From Octopus sinensis (Eukaryota), in contig NC_042999.1 of the NCBI RefSeq assembly GCF_006345805.1, positions 28,830,001 through 28,894,000 of the forward strand: DNA of 64,000 nucleotides. Reading direction: 5' to 3'. A model generated the notes under the pieces. It was given only the letters and a program-made list of their open reading frames with translations, searched no databases and had not been told where the DNA came from. The position numbers and the translations under genes are program-made. Shown piece after piece: positions 63,401-64,000 of this stretch (position 1 is the stretch's first letter; every line of letters starts with the position of its first letter).

Positions 63401-63774
63401 ATTAGGTTAAAGGTATTGGAATAATTCAATGCCACATTTATTCATATATTGATTACATTAACAAACTGATTTCGTTTATTTTGCTAACTCTCATCATTCC
63501 AGTCTATATTTATTTTTAATTTCTTTGTTTCCTCTCCCTCCAGTAAAATGTTAAACAATTGATATCCTTTATCATCATGTACTGATCGTAAAGACAGGTC
63601 AACTGACATTTTTTTACTCACTTCAGTTCAGCTTTGACGCATATGTCAACACGAAGTTGCATCGCAATATATCTACTGTACATTCTATGGCAACCTATGA
63701 GAACTTCAAGCTTCCTTCAAAGCTAAGAGAAAATTATATTTTTGTTGATTAATATTTGGCGGATATTAAAGCAG

Positions 63775-63985
63775 AGAACTAGCAGAATCATTGGTAGACC
63801 GAACAAAATGGTGAGCAGTACTTCCTCAGGTTTTGCATTCTGAGTTCAAATTCTACCGAGTTCGACTCTGCTTTCCATTTTTTATGATCGATAACATAAG
63901 TGTACGTTGAACGCTATGTTCGATGTAAACCACTTAGCCCCACCCACCCAAGAAATGGATGGCCTTGTGCCAAAATTTGAAATCA
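63775..63985 (+). mobile_element. Diverged SINE family B copy
   Basis: GCAGAATC.TT...TTCTGAGTTCAAATTCTACCGAG.TCGACT...GGCCTTGTGCCAAAATTTGAAA. Confidence 0.7.
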
Positions 63986-64000
63986 ATATTTCCGAATACT

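Overview
AT-rich eukaryotic DNA dominated by microsatellites and transposable elements. The SINE families and repeat landscape suggest a cephalopod (Octopus-like) genome; this is inferred from recognition, not a database search. No host protein-coding gene, rRNA, true tRNA gene or CRISPR array can be supported. The window holds remnants of Tigger/pogo, mariner and Tc1 DNA transposons, a Ty3/Gypsy LTR element, CR1/L2-type and RTE-type LINE 3' ends, a Penelope-like GIY-YIG fragment and many tRNA-derived SINEs. Two systems stand out. (1) A full-length R4/Dong-clade non-LTR retrotransposon (RT + CCHC + restriction-like endonuclease, 37388-41417, minus strand) is intact except for one 1-nt frameshift. 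It lies in a ~9-kb head-to-tail pile of same-strand retroelements punctuated by (TAA)n tracts. (2) A family of fold-back (palindromic) elements (14869-17075, 56207-56548, 57211-57482), mostly flanked by (TA)n, carries a type I hammerhead-ribozyme-like motif in each arm, so both strands carry one. Stem I covaries between copies and one side carries a conserved unpaired tail. These are most likely inverted pseudo-LTRs of a Penelope-like element or a non-autonomous derivative. Further minimal hammerhead motifs occur at 19151-19196 and 35512-35563, and a second fold-back family at ~46005-46590.
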